A DNA stretch of 64,000 bases from assembly GCA_021163765.1 (NCBI GenBank), contig JAGGTK010000053.1:8017-72016 (forward strand), in the 5' to 3' direction. The notes below the pieces were generated by a model. The model was given only the letters and a program-made list of their open reading frames with translations, searched no databases and had not been told where the DNA came from. Both the position numbers and the translations under genes were made by a program. Positions 48,478-58,127 of this stretch are shown here, piece by piece. Position 1 is the stretch's first letter; each line of letters starts with the position of its first letter. Origin of the DNA: a bacterium. Lineage in GTDB: Bacteria; 4484-113.

Positions 48478-50154
48478 TTATGCGAAGCGACGCAGGAACT
48501 CCTCAGCCAGAGCACGGCCCTCCCTGTGTTCTGCATCTCCAAGCATTCTGGCTACAGCGCGGACTCTGCTGGCGCCTGATAGCTCGTTGACGGCAATGCT
48601 GGTCTTCCTGGTCCCGGAGGTCTTTACCACGTCCAGATGCCGATGCCCGGCTGCCGCGACCGCAGCAAGATGTGTGACGGCTATCACCTGGTGTTCCTTG
48701 GAAAGGTCTCTTAGGACACTTGCGACATTAAACGCTGCGTCCCCTCCAACGCCCGCTTCTATTTCGTCGAACACAATAGTAGTATACGACAGTTGCCTTT
48801 GAAGCGCTGCTTTCACAGCCAGAAGCAGCCGTGCAGCTTCTCCCCCTGACGCCACCTCCGCCAGCGGCCGGGCGGGCTGTCCGGGATTCAGGCAGACGAT
48901 GAACTCCACGTGACCCAACCCGTGCTCCCTCAGATCGTCAAGCTCCGGCTCGTCCGGCTCACTTATCTCCACAATAAATTGAGCGGTGGGGAATCCCAGT
49001 CGCTCCAGGTACTGTTGAACGGCCTTTTCCAGTTTCCGTGAGATTTCGCGCCTTCTCTGATTAATGCCAACGGCAGCATGGAGAAGCTTCTCGCCGAGCG
49101 CGTCAACACGCACCTGAAGTGCCTCCACCTGCTCGGGTGTAGCACTTAGAGCCTCCAGTTTCGCGCGAGAATCCGCCAGAAGCTTTGGTAGCTCATCCGC
49201 TGACACCCTATACTTGTGTTCCAGCCGCTGAATTTCATCCAGCCGCCGTCGCAGCTTATCCGTCTCGTCCGCGCTGTGCTCCTGGATCTCCGCAATCTCA
49301 CCGAGCAGTTGACTGGCTTCTGTAATTCCTTCCATCAAGGATGTGAGCGTTTGAATTACTCCTTCCAGCCGCGCTTCCAGACGCGCATCATTGACCAGAG
49401 CAGATAGCTCATCTTTTGCCCGGGCGATGAGGTCAAACGCGGAAGAAGCGTCATCTTCATCCTCGAATAGCAGATGCGAGGCTCTTGAAACCCGCTGAAG
49501 GATTTCTTCCGCATGCTCCTGCACGTAGAGTTCTGTGGAAACCTGCTCCTTTTCACCCGCGCTTACGTTAGCCTCTGCAAGTTCAGAGACCTGAAACTCC
49601 AGGTAATTGCGCTCGTCTTCGCCTCTGCGCACAGCTTCCCGGCACAGAGCGAGTTCCTTGCGGCTGGAATTCAACTCAGAATATCGGGCACGGAAAGCTG
49701 ATACGCTTTTTTTGAAATCAGAATCACCAAAGGCATCGAGAAGCTCACGGTGGAAGCCTGTCCGGAATATCTCCTGTTGTGAGAACTGGCTGCTGATGTC
49801 GATGAGCGGGGCGACAATCTCGCGAAGGGCGGCAACTTTGACGGGTTTGCCGTTCAGGGTCAAGCTGCCGCGTCCGCTCCGGCTGAATGTCCGCATCAGC
49901 GTGAGCTTCCGGGGCACTCCCGTCTGACTTGCGATTGGTGGCGTAAACTGGAATTCCGCGCGCACGGAGCACCTGTCACCATACTGCCCAATGATTGTCT
50001 GGTTAGGACGTTTGCCCAACGCAAACGATATGGCATCAAGCACGAGTGTCTTTCCTGCACCGCTCTGGCCTGTGAGAACATTCAATCCCGGGGTGAATTC
50101 CACACTCAGGTCCCGCAGAAGTGAGAAGTTCGCAACGTGAAGCTCGGTAAGCAC
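48478..50154 (-). CDS. recN: DNA repair protein RecN
   Basis: LTGQSGAGKT, coiled coil, VASGGE, FDEIEAG, VTHL; lies downstream of NAD kinase. Confidence 0.9.
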   Translation of the reverse strand: MLTELHVANFSLLRDLSVEFTPGLNVLTGQSGAGKTLVLDAISFALGKRPNQTIIGQYGDRCSVRAEFQFTPPIASQTGVPRKLTLMRTFSRSGRGSLTLNGKPVKVAALREIVAPLIDISSQFSQQEIFRTGFHRELLDAFGDSDFKKSVSAFRARYSELNSSRKELALCREAVRRGEDERNYLEFQVSELAEANVSAGEKEQVSTELYVQEHAEEILQRVSRASHLLFEDEDDASSAFDLIARAKDELSALVNDARLEARLEGVIQTLTSLMEGITEASQLLGEIAEIQEHSADETDKLRRRLDEIQRLEHKYRVSADELPKLLADSRAKLEALSATPEQVEALQVRVDALGEKLLHAAVGINQRRREISRKLEKAVQQYLERLGFPTAQFIVEISEPDEPELDDLREHGLGHVEFIVCLNPGQPARPLAEVASGGEAARLLLAVKAALQRQLSYTTIVFDEIEAGVGGDAAFNVASVLRDLSKEHQVIAVTHLAAVAAAGHRHLDVVKTSGTRKTSIAVNELSGASRVRAVARMLGDAEHREGRALAEEFLRRFA

Positions 50155-50161
50155 GTGGTTT

Positions 50162-51004
50162 TCAGCCGTTCTCCCGTTTGAACTCAAACCCCCAGCCGAA
50201 CTTCTCACGCAACACTGAGAAGAACCTGGGCAGCGCCAGCCGGGCTACCTTTAACGGTGGCTTGTGCAGAGTTACGCTGACGGTGTCACCGGGGACCAAT
50301 TGCCCGATTTTCCGTCCATCCATGGACATAAACGTATCCGGCGTTTCCTTCTCAACCCTTAGGCCGATAGTTCTAGCGCCATCTACGACATAGGGCTTTG
50401 CGTACAGAGTATGAGCGCAGATAGGCGTTATCACCATGCTCTCCATCGTGGGCTCCAGCAATGGTCCCCCGGCGGACAGGGAGTAAGCAGTGGAGCCAGT
50501 TGCTGATGCCACAATAATCCCGTCAGCCTTGAAATTGGCGAGAACTTCCCCGTCAATCGACACGGTGACTACCACCAGTTGGGTGATCTCGGACTTTCCA
50601 ACGACCACGTCATTGACTGCAATGTGAGTCCTTGCAGGAACACCGTCCTTGACAATGGTGCACTCCAGAATGTGCCTCAGCTCGGTCTCGTATCGTTCGT
50701 TACGAATGCAGTCAAGGACCTCCGGTAGCTTTTCGATGGGCTGCTGGCAGAGAAACCCTAGATGGCCCATCTCCACGCCGATGATGGGAATACCAAGCTG
50801 CACTGCAACCATAGCGCCCGCGAGGAAAGTGCCATCGCCCCCGATTACAAGGACAAACTCCCCTTCCGGCAGCTTATCGCGGGATGCCGGGAGAAAATGC
50901 GGCAGAACCTCGAAACCGATGTCTTCGTGGGCGAGATGAGGGAATACCTCATCGTTCAAGAATTCCTGGCTAAGGTCAGGATGAACTTGAAGCAGCACAC
51001 GCAT
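50162..51004 (-). CDS. nadK: NAD kinase
   Basis: GGDGT, GHLGFL, ADG..ASATGSTAYSLSAGGP. Confidence 0.93.
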   Translation of the reverse strand: MRVLLQVHPDLSQEFLNDEVFPHLAHEDIGFEVLPHFLPASRDKLPEGEFVLVIGGDGTFLAGAMVAVQLGIPIIGVEMGHLGFLCQQPIEKLPEVLDCIRNERYETELRHILECTIVKDGVPARTHIAVNDVVVGKSEITQLVVVTVSIDGEVLANFKADGIIVASATGSTAYSLSAGGPLLEPTMESMVITPICAHTLYAKPYVVDGARTIGLRVEKETPDTFMSMDGRKIGQLVPGDTVSVTLHKPPLKVARLALPRFFSVLREKFGWGFEFKRENG

Positions 51005-51129
51005 CGTATGGATGATTCTACTGTAACGCTAGCTACAAGTAAACATTTATCGCCCTGCCCTTCACCAGTTGCGCAGTGTTTCACCAGCAGGTATAATAAG
51101 GTATTCGGCTTTGAGACTGGGCATAGGGG

Positions 51130-51675
51130 ATGTACGGCACAAAGGTACTGATAGGACTACTCATAGCCACAACGGTGGCAATTACGGTCGCACTGCTCAC
51201 GCCGGTTATCGGTGCCTTTGGCAGGCAAGGCACGTCTTTCGCCTGGGACAGCCACAGGGTCGAATTCTGGGAGGTTGTGGACTACCGAGTTGTTAAAAGG
51301 GAGCCGAGCGAGGAAAACGGCCAGAAAAAACTCATAGTTCGCATCACTATGCTGCCAGGGCCTACCACAGATCAAGTGAGGAACACTCTCCTTAAGGTTT
51401 TGAAAGACGAAGCCGAGAATGACAGTGGCCTAGGGGCGATCATGGTGCTCGCATACACGACTGAAGACCTGCAATATATTGGCTACGACGGCACTCTCGG
51501 TAAGGCTATCTGGGGACCATGCGGCAGATTCTATTACCTGCCTGACAGTAACGAGCCATACCGCATCGACTATTATCCGGGCAAGGAGATACCGAAATTC
51601 AAGCGTCCGAAACGCCGCAGCTCAGGCGGAGGAGGCGGCGGCAGCAGCGGGGGCGGAGGATGCGGCGGATGATAA
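51130..51675 (+). CDS. Hypothetical membrane-anchored protein with a Gly-rich tail; possible C-terminal CGGU selenoprotein
   Basis: N-terminal hydrophobic helix. Ends SSGGGGGGSSGGGGCGG-TGA-TAA with a hairpin at 51680-51702. Ends at 51672 if the TGA is a stop. Confidence 0.65.
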
Positions 51676-51727
51676 CCGCGATGCCCCAGGTGCTGGGGCG
51701 TCCTTACAGGACTGGGGATTAACAATA

Positions 51728-52276
51728 ATGCCACATGTCGGATCAGGCGGCGGTCTCTCGTTTCGCACAGGCTGGCAGCTTGCTGTCTTCTATGTTCTCC
51801 TGCTGGTAGCAGTCATAGTCTTCGGCATACTTCTATATGGTTATCTGACTACACCGGTGGTGCGTTTCCAGGATTACGGCTATGCACTGGAATGCGCGGT
51901 TCAGCCATTGAAATACGACGAGACCATCCAGACGGAACCAAAGGGCAAAGCCGCAACGGTCAATATCGCATTGCCCAACAATGTAGCGCTTGAGGAAGCC
52001 CAGGCCAGCATGGTTGTCGCTATGCGCGAGATTTACCGGCGCCGGCCCGATCTGGACGTGATAGTCGTATACGCGTATCACGAGCTTAACTTCGGCAAGG
52101 GCTCGTACTTCTCGCTTGGCCACGCCATATGGGGCCCTAAAGGCCGGGCAGCCCCGGTTGTCCATCGTCGGAGAAAGGACGATTACGAGATTTCCTTCCA
52201 CTGGACAACAAGCCTGCCGACACTTGCCGACCGCCGGCTTGAAGAAGCCAGGCGAAAAAAGCAGCAACCCGGCTAG
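51728..52276 (+). CDS. Hypothetical membrane-anchored protein, paralog of the upstream gene
   Basis: N-terminal TM; shares I.V.AY...LG.AIWGP.G with the 51130 protein. Confidence 0.7.
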   Translation: MPHVGSGGGLSFRTGWQLAVFYVLLLVAVIVFGILLYGYLTTPVVRFQDYGYALECAVQPLKYDETIQTEPKGKAATVNIALPNNVALEEAQASMVVAMREIYRRRPDLDVIVVYAYHELNFGKGSYFSLGHAIWGPKGRAAPVVHRRRKDDYEISFHWTTSLPTLADRRLEEARRKKQQPG

Positions 52277-52320
52277 GCTCCTCGCCGTATTCCGCTGCAC
52301 AGCGGCAACACGCCTGAGGC

Positions 52321-53661
52321 TTAGAGCACCGAGAAGTACCGCTTCAGCTCCCACTCGCTGACATGCATCTGGTAATCCGACCATTCTCGGTACTTTAGTT
52401 CAAGAAACTGCTCGGTTACCTCATCGCCGAGAACCTCCCGGACGAACTCGCTGCGCTTGATACAGTGCAAAGCTTCGTGCAGGTTGCTCGGCAGGCTCTT
52501 TATCCCTCTTTTCTCTCGTTCGAGCTCGGTTAGGCCGTAAAGGTTCTCCAGAACGGGAGTTTCCAGCTCTAATTCGTCTTCTATCCCCTTCAGCCCCGCC
52601 GCCAGCATTAGCGCAAACGCGAAGTAGAAATTGCACGACGGGTCCGCACACCTGAGTTCACAGCGCACGCTAGAAGTCTTGCCTGGCACAAACGCCGGAA
52701 CTCTAATCAAAGCTGACCGGTTCACCGGGCTCCAGGAGATATATACAGGCGCTTCGTAACCGGGGATCAGCCGCTTGTACGAGTTGACATACTGGGCGAG
52801 GAAACCGGTAATTTCCCGCGCGTACTTAAGCAAGCCTGCTATGAAGCTTTTAGCGCAATCAGACAGCTTGAACTCGTCCTCAGAATCGTAAAAGGCGTTC
52901 TCGCCTTTCTTAAACAACGACTGGTGAATATGCATTCCGCTGCCGTTAACACCGAAAAGCGGCTTTGGCATGAACGTTATATAGTGCCCGCGACTGTGGG
53001 CCACTTGCTTGGCGATGTACTTGTAAGTGATTGCTGAGTCTGCCATTCGGAGCGCTTCAGTGAACCGCAGGTCGATTTCATGCTGTGATGGCGCAACCTC
53101 GTGATGATGGTACTCCACGTCAATGCCCATGGCGCTTAGGCGGGTCATAATTTCCGTTCGAAGGCTGCTGCCCATATCTACCGGCGGGCTGGTAAAGTAG
53201 GTTCCATCGTCCAGAGGTTGCGGCGGTGGCTCTATAGACTTGAACACGAAAAACTCCAGCTCAGGCCCAACGTAATACGTGAATCCCATTTTCTCTGCTC
53301 GCGCCAACTGACGGCGCAATACATGTCTCGGGTCGTGAGCGAACGGCTTCCCGCCCGGTGTCATAATGTCGGCAAACAACCGAGCTTCGGGATTCCCGCC
53401 ATCCATCACCGGTATCAGCGAGAATGTCTCGATATCCGGGAAAGCTGTCAGGTCGCTCTCCTCAATAGCATTGAAGCCCGTTATTGAGGAGCCGTCGAAG
53501 TTCATCCCGACTTCCAGCGCGCGATCCAGCTCTGAAGGCGCCATGGCGAAGCCCTTCAGATGGCCTTCTAGGTCAACGAACCACAGCCAGACCGTCCTTA
53601 CCTTTTCCCGGGCTACAATGTCACGTATCTCATCGGCACTCAGTTTCTTCTGTTTGGTCAC
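52321..53661 (-). CDS. glnA: Glutamine synthetase type I
   Basis: FDGSSI, GPELEF, HHEVAPSQHEI, FMPKP..NGSGMH, KRLIPGYEAP. Confidence 0.95.
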   Translation of the reverse strand: MTKQKKLSADEIRDIVAREKVRTVWLWFVDLEGHLKGFAMAPSELDRALEVGMNFDGSSITGFNAIEESDLTAFPDIETFSLIPVMDGGNPEARLFADIMTPGGKPFAHDPRHVLRRQLARAEKMGFTYYVGPELEFFVFKSIEPPPQPLDDGTYFTSPPVDMGSSLRTEIMTRLSAMGIDVEYHHHEVAPSQHEIDLRFTEALRMADSAITYKYIAKQVAHSRGHYITFMPKPLFGVNGSGMHIHQSLFKKGENAFYDSEDEFKLSDCAKSFIAGLLKYAREITGFLAQYVNSYKRLIPGYEAPVYISWSPVNRSALIRVPAFVPGKTSSVRCELRCADPSCNFYFAFALMLAAGLKGIEDELELETPVLENLYGLTELEREKRGIKSLPSNLHEALHCIKRSEFVREVLGDEVTEQFLELKYREWSDYQMHVSEWELKRYFSVL

Positions 53662-53692
53662 ATATCCCCCACATTTTACAGGTTAGTTAGCT

Positions 53693-53721
53693 ATACTAGT
53701 CAGGCTATCTGAGCAGGTCAA
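53693..53721 (-). promoter_or_regulatory. sigma70-type promoter of glnA
   Basis: TTGACC-17-TAGTAT. Confidence 0.5.
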
Positions 53722-53851
53722 TGTAGAAATTCACCCGACAAGCTAATGTCCTGCTTTGCACGGCGTCTTAATTGTGCTAAAGTAACCTTCCCGCCTTGAA
53801 TCCGGCGGGTTTGTTGTTTATGCAGAACGGAGAACTCATTGTGGCGATAAT

Positions 53852-54313
53852 ATGGGTAGCGGGACAATCAATATCACCAACCGGAAGGCCCGCTTCAAGT
53901 ACGAGATCCTCGACAGATATGAAGCGGGGCTAGCGCTCAAGGGAAGCGAGGTGAAATCCGTGCGCGCAGGAGGAATCTCACTTGCCGAAGCTTACTGCAG
54001 GTTCGTGCAGAATGAACTCTTCCTGTTTGACTGCCATATCGCACCCTACCCCCAGGCCGGCAGGCACGGAGTGCTGCCTCCAACACGCCCGAGAAAACTC
54101 CTGCTGCATCGGTCGCAGCTTAAACGGCTTCAGGGACAGGTCGCCACACGCGGTTTAACGATAGTTCCCCTTCGTGTTTATGATAAGGAAGGCCGGGTAA
54201 AGGTCGAAATCGGGCTTGCGCGTGGCAAGAAGGCGGTTGATAAGCGCCGGACAATCAAAAAACGCGACATTGAACGAGAAGAACGCACTCACAGGAGGAA
54301 ACTCAGGCTATGA
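53852..54313 (+). CDS. smpB: SsrA-binding protein SmpB
   Basis: NRKARFKY, EAGLALKGSEVKS, RKLLLH, GKK..DKR. Confidence 0.95.
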   Translation: MGSGTINITNRKARFKYEILDRYEAGLALKGSEVKSVRAGGISLAEAYCRFVQNELFLFDCHIAPYPQAGRHGVLPPTRPRKLLLHRSQLKRLQGQVATRGLTIVPLRVYDKEGRVKVEIGLARGKKAVDKRRTIKKRDIEREERTHRRKLRL

Positions 54314-55164
54314 GTGCGCCTCCGCTGAATCAGCCTTTATCCAGGCCGGACCCCACCCTGCCGGTGGGGATGTTCGACTCAGGCGTAGGCGGCTTTACAG
54401 TATTTCGGGAATTGAAGAAGGTGCTGCCTAACGAGCCGGTAGTTTACTACGGCGATACAGCCAATATCCCTTATGGAGACAGGGATCCACAGCTCATACG
54501 AAAATGGGCGAAGAATATACTGGCGTTTCTGCTTCAGAAGAACGTGAAGGCTATCGCAATTGCATGTAACATAAGTTCAAGCGTCCTCACAGCCGAAGAC
54601 CTTGCTCAAGTCCCGGTGCCTGTATTCGGCCTGGTCTACAACGGTGCTGCGGCAGCGCTTCAAGCCACTAAGAACTCGCGCATTGGCGTTATTGCCACAG
54701 CAGCAACAGTTGAGACAGGCTCATACGTAAGAACCATCCGCAGTTTCAATCCGCGCGCTGAGGTGACACAGAGCGCCTGCCCGAAATTCGTGCCTTTTAC
54801 AGAAAGTGGTGTTTTTAACGGAAACGAGGTCGATAAAGCGGTGCGAGAGTATATTGCGCCACTTAAAGAGAAGGGCGTTGACACTGTCATCTATGGCTGC
54901 ACCCATTATCCTTTGCTGGAGCAGGCCATTACGAAGCATCTCGATGGCGTCCAGATGATTGATCCTGCTGTCGAAATCGTGGAGGAACTTGCGGCATACC
55001 TGCATACGAACGACCTGCTTCATTCCGCCACGCGGCAGGATGACATGATCTACGCCAGCGACCTCAACGAGCACTTCTTCTCAACCGCTGAACTCTTCCT
55101 GAACCGCGACATCCGCCCACTGACACAAGAAGTGAAGCTAAACCTTCCTGAGCAAAAGGCTTAG
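54310..55164 (+). CDS. murI: Glutamate racemase
   Basis: FDSGVGG, PYG, IACN, GCTHYP. Confidence 0.95.
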   Translation: MSAPPLNQPLSRPDPTLPVGMFDSGVGGFTVFRELKKVLPNEPVVYYGDTANIPYGDRDPQLIRKWAKNILAFLLQKNVKAIAIACNISSSVLTAEDLAQVPVPVFGLVYNGAAAALQATKNSRIGVIATAATVETGSYVRTIRSFNPRAEVTQSACPKFVPFTESGVFNGNEVDKAVREYIAPLKEKGVDTVIYGCTHYPLLEQAITKHLDGVQMIDPAVEIVEELAAYLHTNDLLHSATRQDDMIYASDLNEHFFSTAELFLNRDIRPLTQEVKLNLPEQKA

Positions 55165-55191
55165 CGCTGGTCACCTGCTATACTCTAAGTT

Positions 55192-55917
55192 ATGCCGGTG
55201 AAGCGCACAGATGGACGAAGGACGGACGAACTGCGCCCTGTATCTTTTGAGGCTAACTACTTCCGCGACCACGCCACACTCGTCTCCTACGGCGAGACGC
55301 GCGTCCTGTGCTACGCGAGCATCGATGAACGCGTTCCTGGCTGGCTTCTCGGCTCAGGGCACGGCTGGATCACTGCGGAATACAACATGCTCCCGACGGC
55401 CTCCTACCCGCGACAGAACCGCGAGCGAAACGCGACCGGCGGGCGCACCAGTGAGATCCAGCGTCTGATTGGACGCGCGCTGCGGGCGTCCTCTCATCTC
55501 AGTCTTCTTCCCCCCCTGACCATCAAGATCGACTGCGATGTCATCATTGCAGACGGCGGCACGAGAACGGCGGCAATAACCGGCGCATTTGTCAGCCTGG
55601 CCTCGCTGATCTATGCCGAGCGCCACCGGTTCGCCAAATCCCCACTGAAGGCCCAGGTGGCAGCAGTGTCTGTCGGCCTTCGAAACGGCGAGCCACTGCT
55701 GGATCTGGACTACAAGGAGGACAGCTCCTGCGAAGTGGACGGCAATGTTGTGAAAACGAGCACCGGCGAACTGGTTGACCTTAGCTTCACCGCAGAGCAC
55801 CGCTGCTTCAGCCAGGACGAGCTTTCGGCCCTGCTGAAGCTTGCGGATGTGGGCTTGGCCTCGATATTCGCCGAGCAGGCAAAACTCCTTCCTGAACGGC
55901 TTGAGTACAGCCCCTGA
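55192..55917 (+). CDS. rph: Ribonuclease PH
   Basis: GWITAEY.MLP, GRTSEIQRLIGRALR, ADGGTRTAAITG, LDLDY.ED. Confidence 0.95.
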   Translation: MPVKRTDGRRTDELRPVSFEANYFRDHATLVSYGETRVLCYASIDERVPGWLLGSGHGWITAEYNMLPTASYPRQNRERNATGGRTSEIQRLIGRALRASSHLSLLPPLTIKIDCDVIIADGGTRTAAITGAFVSLASLIYAERHRFAKSPLKAQVAAVSVGLRNGEPLLDLDYKEDSSCEVDGNVVKTSTGELVDLSFTAEHRCFSQDELSALLKLADVGLASIFAEQAKLLPERLEYSP

Positions 55918-55978
55918 GCGCCACAGACGGCGAGGATTACCCCGCCGTCTCTGGAATAAGTCTGATTATATGCCGCTG

Positions 55979-56161
55979 CTACTCGTCTTTGAGCACAGGC
56001 GCGTCAACCGGGCAAACCTCGGCGCACTCGCCGCACTCTGTGCAGAGGTCTTCGTCAATCTCCGCCTTGGTAGCGCCCTCAGGCACAGAGATTGCCTCAA
56101 CCGGGCAAACGTCAATACACTCTTTGTGTAACGCGCACTTGTCCGTAATCACATATGTCAT
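55979..56161 (-). CDS. Ferredoxin, clostridial 2x[4Fe-4S] type
   Basis: CALHKECIDVCP (the second ligand position is His) and CTECGECAEVCP; GGAGG SD. Confidence 0.88.
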   Translation of the reverse strand: MTYVITDKCALHKECIDVCPVEAISVPEGATKAEIDEDLCTECGECAEVCPVDAPVLKDE

Positions 56162-56273
56162 CGAGTTACCTCCGAAAAAAAAGAGTGTTCAGCAGGCGGG
56201 GGACACCCATCCTGCCGCGTATCAAGTATTACAGTATGCACACACATAGATTCTCGCGGCGCAGGCCACTCAG

Positions 56274-57404
56274 TTACTTCTCCATCTCGCGGATAATCGC
56301 CGCAGCGTATTCGCTGCACTTAGCCGCAGTCGGGTCATCCCGGTTTTCACGCATGTCGTAGGTAGTGTATTTGCCTTCCTTAATGACCGCCGCAACCGCG
56401 TTCTCCAGCCGGTCGGCGGCTTCCGTCTCACCCAGATGCCTTAGCATCAGCATCCCGGAGAGAATCATAGCGCTTGGATTCACCTTGTCCATACCTTTGT
56501 ACTTCGGAGCGCTGCCGTGAGTCGCCTCGAACACAGCGTACTCATCCCCTATATTCGCACCTGGAGCAACACCCAGGCCGCCGACAAGCCCCGCAGACAA
56601 ATCACTCAGGATATCTCCGTAGAAGTTGGGGAGCACCAGAATATCGTAGAGCTCCGGCTTCTGCACCAGTTGCATGCACATGTTATCTACGATGCGGTCC
56701 TCGAACTCCACGTCCCCACCTTCGTATACCACCCATCCCTCAGCTTTATGGACCACTTTCACGCCGTTTTCTTCCGCAACCTCCCGCCCGACCTTGAGCC
56801 ACAGGCCGTCGCTGTATTTCATAATATTCGCCTTGTGGACGATTGTGACCTTTTTGCGGTTGTACTTGCGTGCGTAGTCGAACGCCCACTGCACAATGCG
56901 ACGTGTGCCGGAAACGGAAATCGGTTTCAGGGATATCCCGGAATCCTCACGGATTTTCCCGGCGCCAGATTCCTCCGCGAACTTGATAAGCTGCGCCGTT
57001 TCGGGCTTTCCCTGCTCGAATTCCACACCAGCATAGAGGTCCTCCGTGTTCTCACGGACGATTATAATGTCGACATTATCGTAGCGGCTGCGCACGCCCG
57101 GATAGTACTTGCACGGGCGCAGGCAGACGTACAGGTTGAGCATCTTGCGAAGCGCGACGTTCACGCTGCGGAATCCGTGGCCAACGGGGGTGGTAATAGG
57201 CCCTTTCAACGCGACCTTCGTTTCACGGATCGAATCGACAACGTGGTCTGGCAGTGGAGATCCGTATTTCTCCATCACGTCAACGCCGGCTTCCATCTCG
57301 ACCCAGTCGAATTCGACGCCGGTGGCGTCAAGCACCTTTTTTGTGACGGCAACAATCTCCGGACCTGTGCCGTCGCCTGAAATAAGTGTTACAGGATACG
57401 CCAT
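56274..57404 (-). CDS. icd: Isocitrate/isopropylmalate dehydrogenase family protein, probably isocitrate dehydrogenase
   Basis: [46 protein letters not shown]. Confidence 0.85.
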   Translation of the reverse strand: MAYPVTLISGDGTGPEIVAVTKKVLDATGVEFDWVEMEAGVDVMEKYGSPLPDHVVDSIRETKVALKGPITTPVGHGFRSVNVALRKMLNLYVCLRPCKYYPGVRSRYDNVDIIIVRENTEDLYAGVEFEQGKPETAQLIKFAEESGAGKIREDSGISLKPISVSGTRRIVQWAFDYARKYNRKKVTIVHKANIMKYSDGLWLKVGREVAEENGVKVVHKAEGWVVYEGGDVEFEDRIVDNMCMQLVQKPELYDILVLPNFYGDILSDLSAGLVGGLGVAPGANIGDEYAVFEATHGSAPKYKGMDKVNPSAMILSGMLMLRHLGETEAADRLENAVAAVIKEGKYTTYDMRENRDDPTAAKCSEYAAAIIREMEK

Positions 57405-57577
57405 GCACTACTCCTCGCTAATGGGATTGGCAGCGCCATATCTTATTAGATTGTGCGCGTTTTTACAAGGTGGCAGAGAGGAATATGGCAAGATTCCTCC
57501 CCCATGCAAGGGCGAGCGAATGGATGGCTGCGGATGCAGCAAAAGGCCGGAATTAGCGTCAGCGGATTACTTTGCGG

Positions 57578-58027
57578 CTAGCCGGACGGGAAAGCGCCTT
57601 CCAGCCCCCCGGCACCTGCCATGCCTGCAGCGAACATCGCTGCAAACATCGTGAACCACAGGATGACGAACACGACGGTTCCAATCAGCCAGATGAAGAA
57701 CATCACCTTGCCCATCGTGTTGAGCACACGCTGGGTAGCCTGATACTCCTCGGCGTTTTTGAAAGTGCCGGAATTCCATGCGTACTCGTGTCCTTTGATG
57801 GCCACGAATAGCATAACGCCCAAGAATACGAGGAAGTTCAGGAATGGAATCCATCCAAGAACTACCATTCCTACCAGAAGACCTACACCTAGCCCGACGT
57901 TGTTGTGTCCGATGAGATAAAGCCAGTTAAACATGAAGCCTGCCCAGCTCCACTGGCCAACCAGCTCGGGCGCACCCGAAGACGGCGGTGTCATCTGAGC
58001 TTCAGGTTGAGTACCCATATCATCCAT
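57578..58027 (-). CDS. Hypothetical membrane protein (WxWAxF type)
   Basis: WSWAGFMFNWLY, three hydrophobic helices, KGHEYAW. Confidence 0.7.
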   Translation of the reverse strand: MDDMGTQPEAQMTPPSSGAPELVGQWSWAGFMFNWLYLIGHNNVGLGVGLLVGMVVLGWIPFLNFLVFLGVMLFVAIKGHEYAWNSGTFKNAEEYQATQRVLNTMGKVMFFIWLIGTVVFVILWFTMFAAMFAAGMAGAGGLEGAFPSG

Positions 58028-58127
58028 GTAAAAGCCCTCCCCTCTGAATTGATGCTCATCATTCTAAGTGAATGACGCCTTGCCGGTCAAGCGTTCAGCT
58101 GGAGAATTAGGCGATATAATGACGCCC

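Noticed and set aside
53790..53820. CCCGCC/GGCGGG hairpin with a T-rich tail upstream of smpB as an attenuator
   Set aside because: The stem is short, the T-tract is broken and no antiterminator was seen; not enough support.
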